Assembly (NCBI GenBank): GCA_964188305.1 | Contig: OZ076886.1 | Direction: 5' to 3' (one strand) | Origin: Podarcis bocagei | Taxonomy: Eukaryota | Length of the DNA: 64,000 bases | In this document: positions 26,046 to 36,967 of the stretch, piece after piece | Layout of the letters: each line of letters opens with the position of its first letter | How positions within the stretch are numbered: the stretch's first letter is position 1 | Notes under the pieces: generated by a model | The model's input: the letters and a program-made list of their open reading frames with translations, nothing else | Database searches by the model: none | What the model was told of the DNA's origin: nothing | Position numbers and translations under genes: made by a program

Positions 26046-26786
26046 ATAAGAAGAAGACATATACCACGAAGCAGGAGGCCACTGGCACCTCCCGTTGAAA
26101 GGAGCTTGGGGAGCTGCAATGAGTTTGACCAGAAATGTCTCCTGCATTTTTTCTAACCAACGCGTTGCCAATTATCGAGGAAACAAACTGAAAATTATGA
26201 AAGGTGAAAGAAAATGTTGGCAAACTTCTCATGTGGGGATGTGCATGCTTTTGGAGGGCATATCTTTTGGAGGAGTCCAAAAGGGTGTTTACAGGCATCC
26301 CTCCTTTTATTCTACAGATCATCTTACGGGTGATCTGAACTCTGTAGCCTCCCTAGGTGCCCACTCTTCCTATGGGGCCTTTTCAGATCAGGAAGAATCA
26401 GACTTCATCTAAATGGAAGAAGGTTGTGAGCAGCCAGGGAGGCTGCAGAGGACTGGAATGCTTACAGGAGAGAAAAACAGAGACATCACCCTTGGCCACC
26501 TCACAATGATAAAGTGAGCTCAAAACCTTGCACCCACCAAAATTCTAAAAATTCTAAAAGAAGACACTTAAAGTACCATGAGAACGGGACACAAAAATAG
26601 AAGCCTTATCCTTCTGATTATCAGTTGTTTTAACTAATTTTAATACTGCTTTTCAAAACTTGATTTTTCACTTTCTGAAAATATTTATTAACGAAGAATT
26701 CTCACATACCCCCAGCCACCAGAAACATTCCTGGTTTTTATATTGTTATGACCCATCCTTGGAGCTTGTAGCAAAGGGTGGGTGAT

Positions 26787-26801
26787 TAGTAGTAGTAGTA
26801 A

Positions 26802-26842
<41 letters not shown>
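26787..26842. repeat. (TAG)4 abutting (TAC)n, self-complementary microsatellite
   Basis: tagtagtagtagta atactactac...; direct reading. Confidence 0.9.
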
Positions 26843-27180
26843 ATTTATTATTTATACCCCTCCCATCTGGCTGGGTTGCCCCAGCCACTCTGGGCGGCTT
26901 CCAAATATTAAAATACAATGGTATGTTGAACAATGAAAGCTTCCCTAAACAGGGCTGACTTCAGATGTCTTCTAAAAGTCTGATAGTTGTTTATTTCTTT
27001 GACATCTGGTGGGAAGGCGTTCTGCAGGGCGGGTGCCACTACCGAGAAGGCCCTCTGCCTGGTTCCCTGTAACTTGGCTTCTTGCAGTGAGGGAACCACC
27101 AGAAGGCCCTCGGTGCTGGACCTCAGTGTCTGGGCAGAACGATGGGGGTGGAGACGCTCCTTCAGCTATACTGGACTGAT
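26843..27180 (-). mobile_element. L2 LINE 3' fragment
   Basis: Reverse ORF ...LQGTRQRAFSVVAPALQNAFPPDVKEINNYQTFRRHLKSALFREAF. Confidence 0.9.
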
Positions 27181-27231
27181 AATTCTGGTATACTGGACTG
27201 ATAATTCTGGTATACTGGACTGATAATTCTG
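27167..27231. repeat. 22-bp tandem repeat x3
   Basis: tatactggactgataattctgg repeated three times at the L2 truncation point. Confidence 0.9.
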
Positions 27232-28166
27232 CTCACCCTGGAATGGAAGGTGTTAAATAGCTTTTTGCCTTTGTGGTGACTCTCACAGAAATGAGTTGTT
27301 GACTACAGCCAATGTTTTTGGCCCTTTAGGCCTTGAAAATGTATCTTCTGTTAAAAAGCTTAAGAAGTCAAGGTCAAATCTCCGACTTGGCCTCTGCCTG
27401 GAGGTCTGGCCTGCTCCCCTTTCACAAGGATAACAAGCCCAAGTCATGGTGCCTGCAAATGCCAGCTATCAGTGTGAATGTTTAACTGTTTCTGTGTGTG
27501 CACAGCACCAATGATTTCTCATACAATCATGACAATGGCAAATTATACGCTTGTGTAATTCTCAAAATTGGGACCTCAAAAGTTAAGGTTTCCATGGCAA
27601 CCATAACTCATTCCTGTCACACAGATGTACAGCAGTACTTCCCACCCCCAAGTATTGTTTCTAATGCCCTTAAAAAGATTTGTGGTGGATCCTGCTTCAG
27701 CACAGGGATTTGGGCTGGATTTGGCTTTTGAAGTCCCTGACAAAATGTGGCTTGAGTTTCCCAATTTGGGTGTTAGAACACAGTAAGGGGGCAATGGCCA
27801 TTTTAGGGGCTCTGTTGAAAAATGAGAAATTCAGCTTTGCAGTATAAGCTCCTTGCTGGCACATCTTCCCACCCTCCTTCAAGAGGGATTGACAGCCAAG
27901 AAACTCCCATTAACTAGTGTGTCTCCCCTTCGATCTTCTGTCATCTCCTCTGAGGGACATGAAAAGGTTATGTTCTGTTTCCAGCAATATTGTTCTCCTG
28001 TAGCGTGAAGAGTCTCAATCAGTGACCAAAAAAGGAAAATCAGTTTCAAGAAGTCTGAAGAGTAATGCTCAGTATGTTTTGACCAAAAAAAGGTCTTCCC
28101 CAGAGGCCTTTCTTAAAAGAAAAGAAAAGGGGGGGGGGAGAAAGGACAGCAATCACTAAGCCATGC

Positions 28167-28169
<3 letters not shown>

Positions 28170-28231
<62 letters not shown>
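28170..28231. repeat. (AT)n microsatellite
   Basis: Direct reading. Confidence 0.95.
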
Positions 28232-28237
<6 letters not shown>

Positions 28238-28279
28238 TCTAAAAACTTTTAAACACTATTTCAAAAATGGTTTAAGAAC

Positions 28280-28480
28280 AGCTTAGTTTATGAACAACTT
28301 GGATTAAGAACACTGTAAGCCTGGAAGTAGGTGTTTTGGTTTGTGAGCTTTGCCTTGGAAGCAGAACATGTCGAGTGTGTTGCATTTGTAAATTGGGTCC
28401 CCCCCACTGCTAGGGAAAGCACACCTAGGTTTAAAAATGGACTTCCGGAACGGATTAAGTTCGTAAACCAAGGTACCACC
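28280..28480. mobile_element. Older Tc1/mariner MITE (partial)
   Basis: Ends ggattaagttcgtaaaccaaggtaccac; related to the 10252 family. Confidence 0.65.
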
Positions 28481-28926
28481 ATAGAGACATTACAACATAC
28501 ATGCTTACTTGTAAACAGCTCCAAAACATCCATTTTGATGTCTCATTCAGCACCACGTTAAAGATATTTGAGAGAAAACTGGAAGAAAAGAGTTCCAAGA
28601 ACTGCAGGCAGTCAGATAAGCTTGAAAGTCAACTTTTGCTTTATTCTTGGGGCGGCACATTTTAATCTTTTCTGTAGTGAGGATGAAGACATCATGTATG
28701 CCCAAGCAAGCACTGCCTCCAGCTGCACATTGCGATCACAGGATCGTGGGAGGTCTATCTGCATTGGCTTTCCTTTTCTTGGCACATTGCTATAATTTCT
28801 GGGTTCGTATGTGTGTCTTTGGGGAAGATGACAGAGCTTTGGTAGGGTGAAAGGCAACATTGGAGTAAATATGAATGTGACTTGCCAAGGAGGTATTCTG
28901 CTCTGCACAATTGGCTCCCAGAGCCT

Positions 28927-28929
<3 letters not shown>

Positions 28930-29000
<71 letters not shown>
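28930..29000. repeat. (TC)n microsatellite
   Basis: Direct reading. Confidence 0.95.
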
Positions 29001-29004
<4 letters not shown>

Positions 29005-29546
29005 TCCACCCCCTGCTGAATAAATCTACAACTGAGTCAATGGCTGATTTGTTTTCCACAGTGGCACATATGTTGCAAGCATGCAGGAAAACGTCTGGCT
29101 GGTGGCTGGTGCTGCTGGAAATCAAAACCACTCTTCTCAGGCAGGGGCTTCTTCCTCCAAATGCTGTGTGGTAGCTGGGGAATGCATGTGCCTGCCTTGT
29201 ACATGCCCTCTCATGGTTCCACAACACGGAAAACAATTTTTCTAGCTGTATGGGGTTGACCCAGCCAATTTCCTGGCAGCCAATTTTTGCTTCCCAAGCT
29301 TTTAATGTTGTGTTTCTGTTTTTACGATATTATTTTATTGCATTTTTGCATGGCTCTTAGATATTTTTAAATGTTAAGAGGTTCCAAAATATGCTTTTAA
29401 ATAAGTATGGTAAGTAGGTACATTCTGGAAGCAAAATAATTTCAATCTTAAATAAGTCCAAGCAGTGGGGGGTTGTCTTCTGAGTCTTGGGTTTTTATTT
29501 GGGGGGTGGAGGGGTGATTATTATTAAACTACTAGGATGTTAGGAA

Positions 29547-30350
29547 AGAGGTAGTAGCTATGGTGGGGGATACATTGTGCTCCTTTAAGGGTAGTTTGTT
29601 CACCTTTGGTACCTGCCCTGCACTCAACTCTCATCTGTGGCTCCCAGAAGCTGTCTGTATGCAACAGTGGCTACACCCTGGGAAATAGCTTTGACTGGCT
29701 GGCTAAACCAGGCGAGGGTTGCCAATGGGTCTCAAACCCTCAGTGATATAGGGACTTCCCTGCATGTGGAGACAGGCTGTGGCAGACTGAGCGGACGAAA
29801 CCAATAGTGGGTCCAGTGGTCAAGAAGGCGGTGTCTGCATCTGCTGTAGAGGGAAATGGGGCTCAGATGTGACTCATCAACCTGGGAAGGTAGTTCATCT
29901 AGGAGAAGGAAAACCTCCACTGTCTTATGGCTATACTCATTCATGAGGAAGGCTTCAGGAGTAAACACTGAGGAAAACTCTGCACCCACTGCCTTGCAGG
30001 ACATCTTCAAATCCCTAAGGCGGTTGGATGGATGCCTTGTATGCCTCCTCCCAGCAATACTTGAAGCCCAGTTGGTGCCAAACATAATGTTCTGCTTTCC
30101 TTTGGACCACGTCAGCAAGGCTGAGAGGGAGTCTTTTCATATGGGGAGCCTAGGACCTCTATTTACACTGCCCAGGCTTGCACCCCTGAGAGGTCACTTC
30201 AGCACTGCTAACACAGCAAAAACAATGCAGGAGTCAACAGTTATGAATTATCAGTCTCTGCAGCCCCACAGGGTGCTTTGATTCTCCAGGTGTTTGAATT
30301 CAGCCCTGGAGGTGCACTCTACTGTCTCTCGAGACAGACAGATGCAACAA
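29547..30350 (+). mobile_element. Non-autonomous bipartite RTE derivative (5' UTR fused to 3' end)
   Basis: RTE-type 5' UTR motif ctaggagaaggaaaac; 3' end gtctctcgagacagacagatgcaacaa matches 24360-24388; imperfect TSD aggatg(tt/cct)aggaa on both sides; no RT coding sequence. Confidence 0.7.
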
Positions 30351-31633
30351 GGATGCCTAGGAAGTAAGAAACAAAGGGAATCACAACTAGCATCATGAAT
30401 AGTACAGTACCCTCACAAATGCAGCACCTCTAAAATGATTCTTGCTGCTGGTTCCAAAGTTCCTCACTATTTTACTGCTTTTTCTGTTCCAACCAGATCT
30501 GAAAAGCTGTTGGATCAGCCCTATCCCTGCTCATGGCTAGCTCAAGGCTTTTTCACCACTTGGATCAAAGATGCAAGCTTACTTGCTAGGGGTCCTGGCA
30601 AGCTGTAAAAGCACCAGCCTCATCACATTCCCTTTTGCCACATTGAGCCTGGCCCCTCTCGCTTTGTGCAAGGAGATGAAGAAGTGGATCAATCACGAGC
30701 ACTCATGCTGGTCAGGGCAAATAAAAAATACATTTCTTCATGATGTCTCCAAGCACTTTAGTAATTAAGGACTTTTCTGTAGCGCCCTTCACAAAATATA
30801 TTCCAGGGCAGGAAAGTTACTATGCATCCTCCGCCCTCTCATACACTTTTGCTTTTGATTTAAGGAAAGGGGTTCTGTCTACTCTACAACACAGAGTGTG
30901 AAACATGGGCCAGAAATACCTAGGCATCTTCTTAAGCATTGTATTCAGTGGGAGACTGTGATGAATCAGTCACCCCTCAGTCAACATTTCTGTGCAAATG
31001 AAATGGGAGAATCCCAACATATGCCACCATGAACTCGCTGGAAGAAAGGATGGGATGCAATATGATAAACGGAATACAGATCCTTGTCTTTCTCTTGGGG
31101 TCCTACTCCAGAGCCTTTCAAACTCACTTCATTTGTACTGCCTGTCTAGATTGTGCACTCAGCTTGCAGGACTGCTTCCTTAGTTCAGAAAGCATTCATC
31201 GTGCCTGCTTTTTGGGTTTATTTGCCATTTGGGTCCTTATCTTGAAGAATTTTCCACTGGTACCAGTCTTGCAGTGCCAGACCAAGACGTTTAGCTGTTT
31301 AAGGAGAAGAAAAACAATGTGGCGTCCCTTCCATTCAGTACAGAGTATCAGACAGGGCTGGCAGCTGCATTTACTTTGCATCTTACAATGGGACAAGTTT
31401 TCCCACTATATCTTAGGGCAGCAGGCTAGATTAGAGGATTTAAGGGGAACAGGTTTTTTTTTTTTTGTGGGGGAAGGGTGCTGCCACTTTGGCCTGAAGC
31501 AGCCACCTCACTCTGCCTAATTTTAGGACTGTCTCTGCAGTCTTGACAAGGCCATAACATCTGACTTCCTTACATTGTTCTTTCGCTTGGAGTACTCTGA
31601 CATTTCCTCTTCACTTTGCCCCATAGTCAACAA

Positions 31634-31765
31634 CAGGTGTGGGGGACTTTTGGCCCTCCATATGTTGCTGAACTACAACTCCCATCAGTCCCAGCAAACA
31701 TGGCTGATGTCTAGGGATGATGGGAGATTTTAGTTCAGCAACATCTGGAGGACACTAGATTATCA
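31634..31765. mobile_element. Palindromic hAT-type MITE
   Basis: caggtgtgggggacttttggccctccatatgttgctgaactacaactcccatc...gatgggagattttagttcagcaacatctggagg. Confidence 0.8.
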
Positions 31766-31978
31766 TCTACAACCTATAATGTCCACCCCCTGGATAACAG
31801 ATATTCTGGTTTACAATGAATGCCATGGGGTGAACACAAGAGAAAACCTTTCCATAAAAGAGGTCAGGGATACAGAGGCTCAGAGATTCCCCCCCCCCAG
31901 TGTTACCCCTCCCTTCCCGTATTTCACAAGCATTCCCAGGGAGCTGATTTATAAAGGAAATTATTTTATTCCCCACAG

Positions 31979-32022
31979 GGAATATGATGGCAAAACCTCT
32001 GTGGGATCAAGTCTGAAAAATC
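31979..32022 (+). other. Putative 44-nt internal exon of an unidentified host gene
   Basis: Branch-like gctgat, tract ttattttattccccacag acceptor, ATC|gtaagg donor; only open frame reads (x)EYDGKTSVGSSLKN(x); unique-looking flanks. Confidence 0.5.
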
Positions 32023-34360
32023 GTAAGGAAACAGCCCACTGTTTGGCACCATTCCACTACACTTTCCTGCAGAACAACATTTGTCAGAATGAAAGGGTCT
32101 TTTTTTATATCTATCTGCAGGGGGAGAAATTGCTGATGATTTGTGTGATAGCTGAGGTGGGAAAAGAATTCAAAGTGGAAGAACCTGCACAGATATTCAG
32201 TCCATGCAGGGATCGATCTGATTTGTTTATTCCCGCAGTCCTGAGAGATTAGCATTGTTGTTTGTGACAGGCGGAGGGGAGAAAGAGAGAGAGAGCATAA
32301 TGTAAACCTGATATAATAAATATGTTTGTGACTTCTATTATTATCATTATGATTATCATTGTTTTGTCAACCCTTCCCACCCCAGGCAAGGACATCTTTG
32401 CACGGCGGTTTCGTCTTGTATTGATCTAGCAACTCGCCGACTGCTAGTAGCCACAACAGCTATGTTCCATCTCCATTGTCAGAGAAACATTATGTCTCTG
32501 AATGCCAATTGCAATCACAGGAGGGCAGACTTCTGTAGTGCTGAGCTCCTCCTTGCGGGCTTCCCATGGACATCTGCTTGGCCACTGTGGGAACAAGATG
32601 CTGGACTAGAAGGGCCCATTGACCTGATCCACCGGGCTCTTCTTATGTTAGCAGCCATAGCTTCATCATCCCACATCCAAGTCACACCACTGGTCCCTGA
32701 ACGGTAAGACTCTCCATCTGTCCCCTCCTGGGTGCCAACCCAGCTATTCTGAGGCACCTCCACCAGCCAGTTAGCCTGCCTTAGTTCCAACCCAGATCAC
32801 GTTGAAATACATGGGAAGAATCAGAATAGGGACAAGCAAGTCCTGCACCTGCACCTGTCTAGAGTGCCAGACATGCCTTCCTTCAGGATGCTACTTTGCC
32901 TGCTTTCCACCTGCCCTTTCATTCCCCCACCTTTCCTGTTTTCCAACAACCTTCCCAACAGATACCAAGCATTCGATACTCACTGACTGTCCTAATTGTT
33001 CTGCTAACCCTAACCCTTAACCTGAGTGTTGTTGTTTTTCCTGATTCCCTCCTCTCCCCCTGCAAACATTGGCATTTCACATCCTCCTCCCTCCTGGGCA
33101 TGGATGGTACAGCTTTGGCTATATAAAAATGGTGGTGCTCCTCCTGGCTTTCTTTCATTGCATGAAGAGCGGCAGATAGGCACTAATGGAGACAATGGCA
33201 GTCACAATGTGCCTGGATGATGACCCTTTGTGGTGGGCCAACCCATCTTGCAGCCTGCTTCCATAGTCCCATTGTGCATGTACATTTCATATGGAGGTTG
33301 TGGCAGGCAGGTCTCTTAGGGACGTGTGGCTTTTGTCAGGCAGAGCCAATGGATCTTTTCTTTTGCATAGTTGCTAATGTGGGAATTTCTCTAAATCTCC
33401 CTTCAAATTCAGAATCTCTCTCTCTAGCTGCATTAGAAGCACTAATCCCTCCGCAAGCGTCAACCTACACTTCTGGGCAGCGAAAGCTCTGAGTCTTAAG
33501 AGTGTAAACAAAATTTCCAGCATGGAATTTACAAAACGCTTGATCTGTGAGGCTTGAATCATAGCCACGTGTTCTTGTGAGTGTCATATTTGTCGGGGGA
33601 GAGGGAGAGAGAAGGTCGCAAAGGTATTTACTTGCTTCCTTAATCTAATCCCAAATCAAACACTCTCTTGCCTACATTTATTCTCCCCCCTCTGCTACAG
33701 ACTCCTTTCCATCAGACAATGTTAGTTCCATCATTTTTGTTGTTGTTGTTTATTTAGCGGTTGTGTGTGTGTCATTTTGGGTGACACCTGAGAGTTCTGT
33801 TATTTGAAATGCAAATTTCCTGTCCTCCTGCCTTCTCTCTGCATGAAAAAGAAGCCTCTTGGGATTGTGATACCCTCCTGGCAGCTGCATGCTGGGCATG
33901 CGAAATCTACCTGAAAAGGTGGTGACAAGAGGAGTGCTGGGGTGGGGATGGGAGGGTGAGGGTTTGCTCAAATGCTCATCGGGTTCATCTTCTATGCCCA
34001 CATTCCCATGGGTCATGCTAATAAAAACAAAAAAGGTGCTAATAATATAAATGATGCAGCTGCATTTGTATCACTCACTGCTGGAAATGCAACTGCTGAA
34101 ATTCCAGAAAGGGTGTGTGTGTGTGCGCTCACACAAATCATATTATAATTTTTGTTATGACTGGAGAGGGAGACATTAATAACACCAATTAGTAAAAAAA
34201 TTAAATGACCCCATGCTTCCCCCCTTTTTTTACTGCCTGCCTAGTGCAATTCTGCAAATCTGGTATTGGAAACATGTGGTCCTTGGGTACGATTGGGCTC
34301 TAACCACTGCACCACACTGACTCTTATTGTGGCCATGCAGTTGAGCATCACTGGCTTAAA

Positions 34361-34500
34361 ACAGGTATGGGGAGTGGTTGGCCTTTCAGATGTTGCTGAC
34401 TACAACTCCCACCAGCCCCAGAAAACATGGCCAATGGATAGGGATGATGGGAGTTGTAGTTCAGCAACATCTGGCAAGCCAAACGATTTCCCACACCTGC
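34361..34500. mobile_element. Palindromic hAT-type MITE
   Basis: caggtatgggga...cagatgttgctgactacaactccc...gggagttgtagttcagcaacatctg...tcccacacctg. Confidence 0.85.
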
Positions 34501-35460
34501 CTTAAAGTATCAAGTCAAAAGGGGAACTCCTTGGACTTTGTTTTAGGAACTTGAATAAAACAACGTTGGAATGAAGGTATATATGAAGTGTATGATCTCT
34601 TAATTTGGTAATTGCATTAAGATACTGAATATTTTATCACATTCCAAACCCATTATGTTTATATGATGCCTTGTGAGGGTTGGTTCTAAAAGGTGATCGT
34701 AACATATTTTTAATAAAATAAAATAAATAGCCTTTCATACAAACAAGAATATGCTAAATGGGCAAAGAAAAGATATGAATTTTGTATTTGATGCAGAACA
34801 TGCTTTTCCACCTCAGCCATATTCCAGGAAAAACAACCAGCCTCCTTGGCAGAGATGCTGCTTGCTCTCTCCTAAATCTCCCTGAGCAGACAGTTGCCAG
34901 TTGCACACAAAAACCTTGACAAAACAGAATTAGCTTCCCAGTGGACTTAGCCAAAGTCTCTCCTCTCTTCTTTCCTTTCCAATCCCCAGGCTGCAGTGAC
35001 TTAACGAATCAAGAAGTGACATGCAAATGACAATGGCTTAAAACTACGCCACTCAGCAAGTCCTTCAGATTTTACAGTTGGAGAAAAAGGAGACCTGCCT
35101 CTCCTTATAGCAAATGGCATGCAATTGGTTCAGAAACCTTGCAAATGTACCACGGTCTGCAGACTTGGCAGTTTTTATACAATCTCTTTTAATTTTATTT
35201 CTTAAGTTTATTATAAATGAGTTCTGACAAAGGTTAATACCAGCTTTTGTAGACTGCAGTGCATGAAGTGTTATCCCAAGTGGTGTGGTTATGGTAAACA
35301 GTGAGCTTAGAGGTATAAATGAAAAGGACAGGCAGTGTTCCTTATGTAATGAACAGCAGTAAGAGCAACAATCCACTATTGCAGCTATTAATATTGCACA
35401 TACATCCATATATCCAACAGAGGACCTCCTGTGGGAGCTTTCACAATCTCATGTGAGGCA

Positions 35461-36070
35461 GTTACAGATAGGTAGCCGTGTTGGTCTGCCATAGTCAAAA
35501 TAAAAAAATTCCTTCCAGTAGCACCTTAAAGACCAACTAAGTTAGTTCTTGGTATGAGCTTTCGTGTGCATGCACACTTCTTCAGATACACTGAAACAGA
35601 AGTTGCCAGATCCTTCTATATAGTGAGAAGGTGGGGAGGGGTATTACTCAGAAGGGTGGTGGGAATGGGAGATTGGCAGGTAGCTGAGATGAGCCTGTTG
35701 ACGACTCTTAACGACTGCAATAGGTCTTACAGGAAAAGGCAAGGGGTGAGAAGGTGAAAAATGGCTTAGTCATGTATAATGAGATAAGAATCCAATGTCT
35801 TTGTTCAGACCAGGTCTCTCCATGGTTTTAAGTTTGGTAATGAGTTGCAATTCAGCAGCTTCTCTTTCCAGTCTATTTCTGAAATTCCTTTGTAGTAAAA
35901 CAGCTACTTTGAGATCTTGTATAGAATGTCCTGGGAGATTGAACTGTTCTCCTACTGGTTTCTCTGTTTTGTGATTCTTGATGTCAGATTTATGTCCGTT
36001 TATTCTTTGGCGTAAGGTTTGGCCTGTTTGTCCAATATAGAGAGCTGAAGGACACTGTTGGCATTTGAGG
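35461..36070 (-). mobile_element. Penelope-like element, 5'-truncated (GIY-YIG endonuclease C-terminus plus pseudo-LTR)
   Basis: ORF 35770-36090 CQQCPSALYIGQTGQTLRQRINGHKSDIK...PGLN; flanking duplication catgtgaggcag at 35450-35461 and 36071-36082. Confidence 0.92.
35552..35589 (-). ncRNA. Minimal type-I hammerhead ribozyme (Penelope-associated)
   Basis: Minus strand GTAT-CTGAAGA-A-GTGTG-CATG-CACAC-GAAA-GC-TC-ATAC: complete catalytic core, paired stem I and stem II, palindromic minimal stem III. Confidence 0.88.
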
Positions 36071-36607
36071 CATGTGAGGCAGGTAGTCAAAAGTTTTACT
36101 CAGCACAGACTCACTGAAATGTATGAACATTTCTAAGTTAGGCCCATTAATTACAGTAGGTCTACTCTGATCTGAGTAAAACTTAACTGAATACCACCCA
36201 TCACAAAAAACAAACCCTGAATTTTTCAGATGTAGATTTACTCCTGCTTACTGTCTGAGGCTGCTTGTAAAATTTTGTGGGTTTTAGCTCTTTTGTACTT
36301 ACATGCTAGTTGTTTTGTTCTTTTCATAAAGTGCCCTGAGCAGAGAACCGAAGGACGGCATAAAAATACCTTTGACAGATAATAATAAACGTTTTTTAAA
36401 ATTCTCTTCATGATGAGCATTTTCTTAGCTAGATGATTAAAACGCCCCCACCCATTTTGTTAGTTACATGATTAACACACCCACCAGGGGAAGCACACTG
36501 CTTCCTCAAAGATGAAAGAGAATTAGGGAAACTATTCAGCTTTAATAATCAAACTTGCACAGGAAGTGTACTGTGCTGGCAGGAAGGGAAGGAGAGGCAC
36601 TGTAAAG

Positions 36608-36967
36608 CTTGGGTGTGGGGGGGACCTCAGACCCAGGGCCCAAATGCAGCCCTCCATGCCTCTCTTCTCTGCCCCTGAAGGCTCTCCCCAGGCTACCTCC
36701 TCAGCCACACCCCTTTTCTCCAGGCCACACCCCTCATTGGTCCTGCTACGCCTTACATTTGTGAGTGTTTTTGCCTGGCTGAAATGTGTCCTTGAACTCT
36801 GAACATGCTTTTGCCTGCTGCCTGGATGGAGAGCAGGTTGGAGAATGTGAGTCCTTGGCTAACCCACAACACAAAGGTAAAATCTGCATCCATTGCTCTA
36901 CCCACTTTTGCTTCTGGTCTGGCCCACAACTGTGGACCACAAAAAGGGCTGATTTCCCCCACCTGTG
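36608..36967. mobile_element. Non-autonomous hAT-like element (about 350 bp)
   Basis: gggtgtgggggggacctcag ... gatttccccacctg termini; internal similarity to reverse copies at 40041 and 51643. Confidence 0.6.

Noticed and set aside
33004-33022. ctaaccctaacccttaacc as interstitial telomere
   Set aside because: Only about three imperfect units; too short to be meaningful
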